DNA of 64,000 nt. It comes from a virus. Under the pieces are notes generated by a model, which was not told the origin of the DNA, made no database searches, and saw only the letters and a program-made list of their open reading frames with translations. Below are positions 62,681 through 64,000 of the stretch, piece after piece. The stretch lies in IMG/VR virus record IMGVR_UViG_3300032217_000845, positions 32,001 to 96,000 of that record. One strand, written 5' to 3'. Both the position numbers and the translations under genes were made by a program. The first letter of the stretch is position 1. Each line of letters opens with the position of its first letter.

Positions 62681-64000
62681 ACTGGTCCGAATCTCAATGA
62701 GAAAAACGCTATGTTTAGGGACTTTGACCTAGACGAAGGCGGTAACCCAGGGCAAATTAAGCTGGTATCCGAAGAGTCTGATTCAGACTTTGACGATGTT
62801 GAGGTAGACACTTCTTACTTGCGAAAAGCAGCCGCTTCGTCGCCTACTACTGATGCAGTAGATGAAGCCTTAGCTCCATTTGTAGATACTTATGGATTGG
62901 CGGCGGCTCCTTCAGACATTATGTCGCTTAGCCAGGCTGCTGATACTGTTAACAAGGCTGCAGCAGAACTACGTGCTAACCCAAGCGCAGAGACCAATAA
63001 AAAGTATAAAGAATCTCTACAAGCCTTCCTAAATCACAGAGCTTATATGATTCAGCGTGCTCACGAAGAATTTATTATCCCTGGCGACATGAAGAAAGAC
63101 TGGGAGCTCCCAGCTGACAGTCTTCTCTCGGTTTCAGAGCTAAAACTTATAAATGCTGCTATCAAACCATCTAAGTTATATGGTGCCGGAATCGGTGGCG
63201 GACGAGTACAGAAGTTCTCTCCTAAGGTAAATCGTAAGAACGCACCGAACTGGGCAGCCACTCTAGAGACAGCCAGAGAGATGGACCAAACCAACAAGAA
63301 TAACCCAATCAAGGACTTAGCTCCAAACTGGGAAGTTCAGTCGTTTGAAGATAAGCTAGTTGCTGGAGAGAGCGATTTGCTTGATGCAAATGGTGCACCT
63401 ATGGCTGGACTAAGGACTGGAGTATCGGTTCACATCGTCAAGCTACTAAGCCGAGCTAGTGTTCTGCAAGAAGTACGAGACTTTATGACTGTTGGCACCA
63501 TGCAGCTTAAAGATTCTTCTGGAGTTTATGCTGGAAAACTTACTATCAACAGCGGTCTTACTAAGGGCAAACGATACGCTACCGATGAAGAAATTAATGC
63601 CGCACTTGCTAGCATTATGGATGCTGGTGGGAAGCTACACCTCCCGGGTACAGCAGGCTCTGTTGCTGCTGGTGATATCCTAAAAGACAATGGTATGGAT
63701 ATATTTATAACATCGTCCGGTAGAGAGCTAACTTCAATCACTTCTATGCATGGCACCGAGCGTAACGCACTTGCTTATGCAACTCCTTTGTTTGGAATTA
63801 CAGTGTTTGCTGATAGAGTTAGAGACTCTCAGGCAAGTACTGATAAGGGCAGAGGGCAGCTAGATGGTTCCCCAATGGACTGGTGGTCTTCTAAGATTAA
63901 CCCGAATACCTTGGAGACATGGGACCACACTATGAAGCACGAAATTGGCCACATAGTTGATGCCAGAAGTAGCACCCTAAGCAATGATAATAGCTTTGGC
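62621..64000 (+). CDS. partial ORF in the -1 frame with HEXXH metallopeptidase motif (probable frameshift extension)
   Basis: Frame open from 62582 to the window end; HEIGH at 63938-63952; first ATG (62711) has no good RBS. Confidence 0.75.

Noticed and set aside
394-63756. Many antisense or out-of-frame ORFs overlapping called genes (e.g. 394-855, 15177-15716, 20941-21354, 42773-43279, 59462-59863)
   Set aside because: Shadow ORFs of better-supported genes with no motifs or RBS

Overview
A 64 kb segment of a large tailed dsDNA phage, probably infecting Actinobacteria. The host-like ClgR and SSB homologs, leaderless genes and actinophage-type portal and terminase point that way; Microbacteriaceae is my best guess. 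There are three zones. (1) 1-17.8 kb: accessory, lysis and regulatory genes (tRNA-Thr, Hsp20, glycosyltransferase, N6/N4 DNA methyltransferase, double-M23 lysin, PA14 coiled-coil surface protein, holin-like gene, HTH proteins, TerS candidate, CHAP protein lacking its catalytic Cys). (2) ~17.85-48.2 kb: a ~30 kb early/host-takeover-like island of about 40 mostly mono- or bicistronic + strand units. Each unit is built as terminator hairpin, invariant 14-mer GTATTCGTTTTTTC (41 copies by eye, both orientations), sigma70-type promoter, RBS, small gene. The island is strongly depleted of 4-bp palindromes other than CTAG, carries hairpins that display anti-RBS sequences in their loops and two candidate ncRNAs, and ends in a 1.7 kb ORF-free repeat region with tandem promoters. 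(3) 48.3-64 kb: packaging and head module (NlpC/P60, TerL, portal, Dps, head-associated proteins, and a giant protein with a canonical-looking CCCAAAA -1 frameshift into an HEXXH-containing extension). All counts were made by eye, and product calls come from motif recognition, not database searches.
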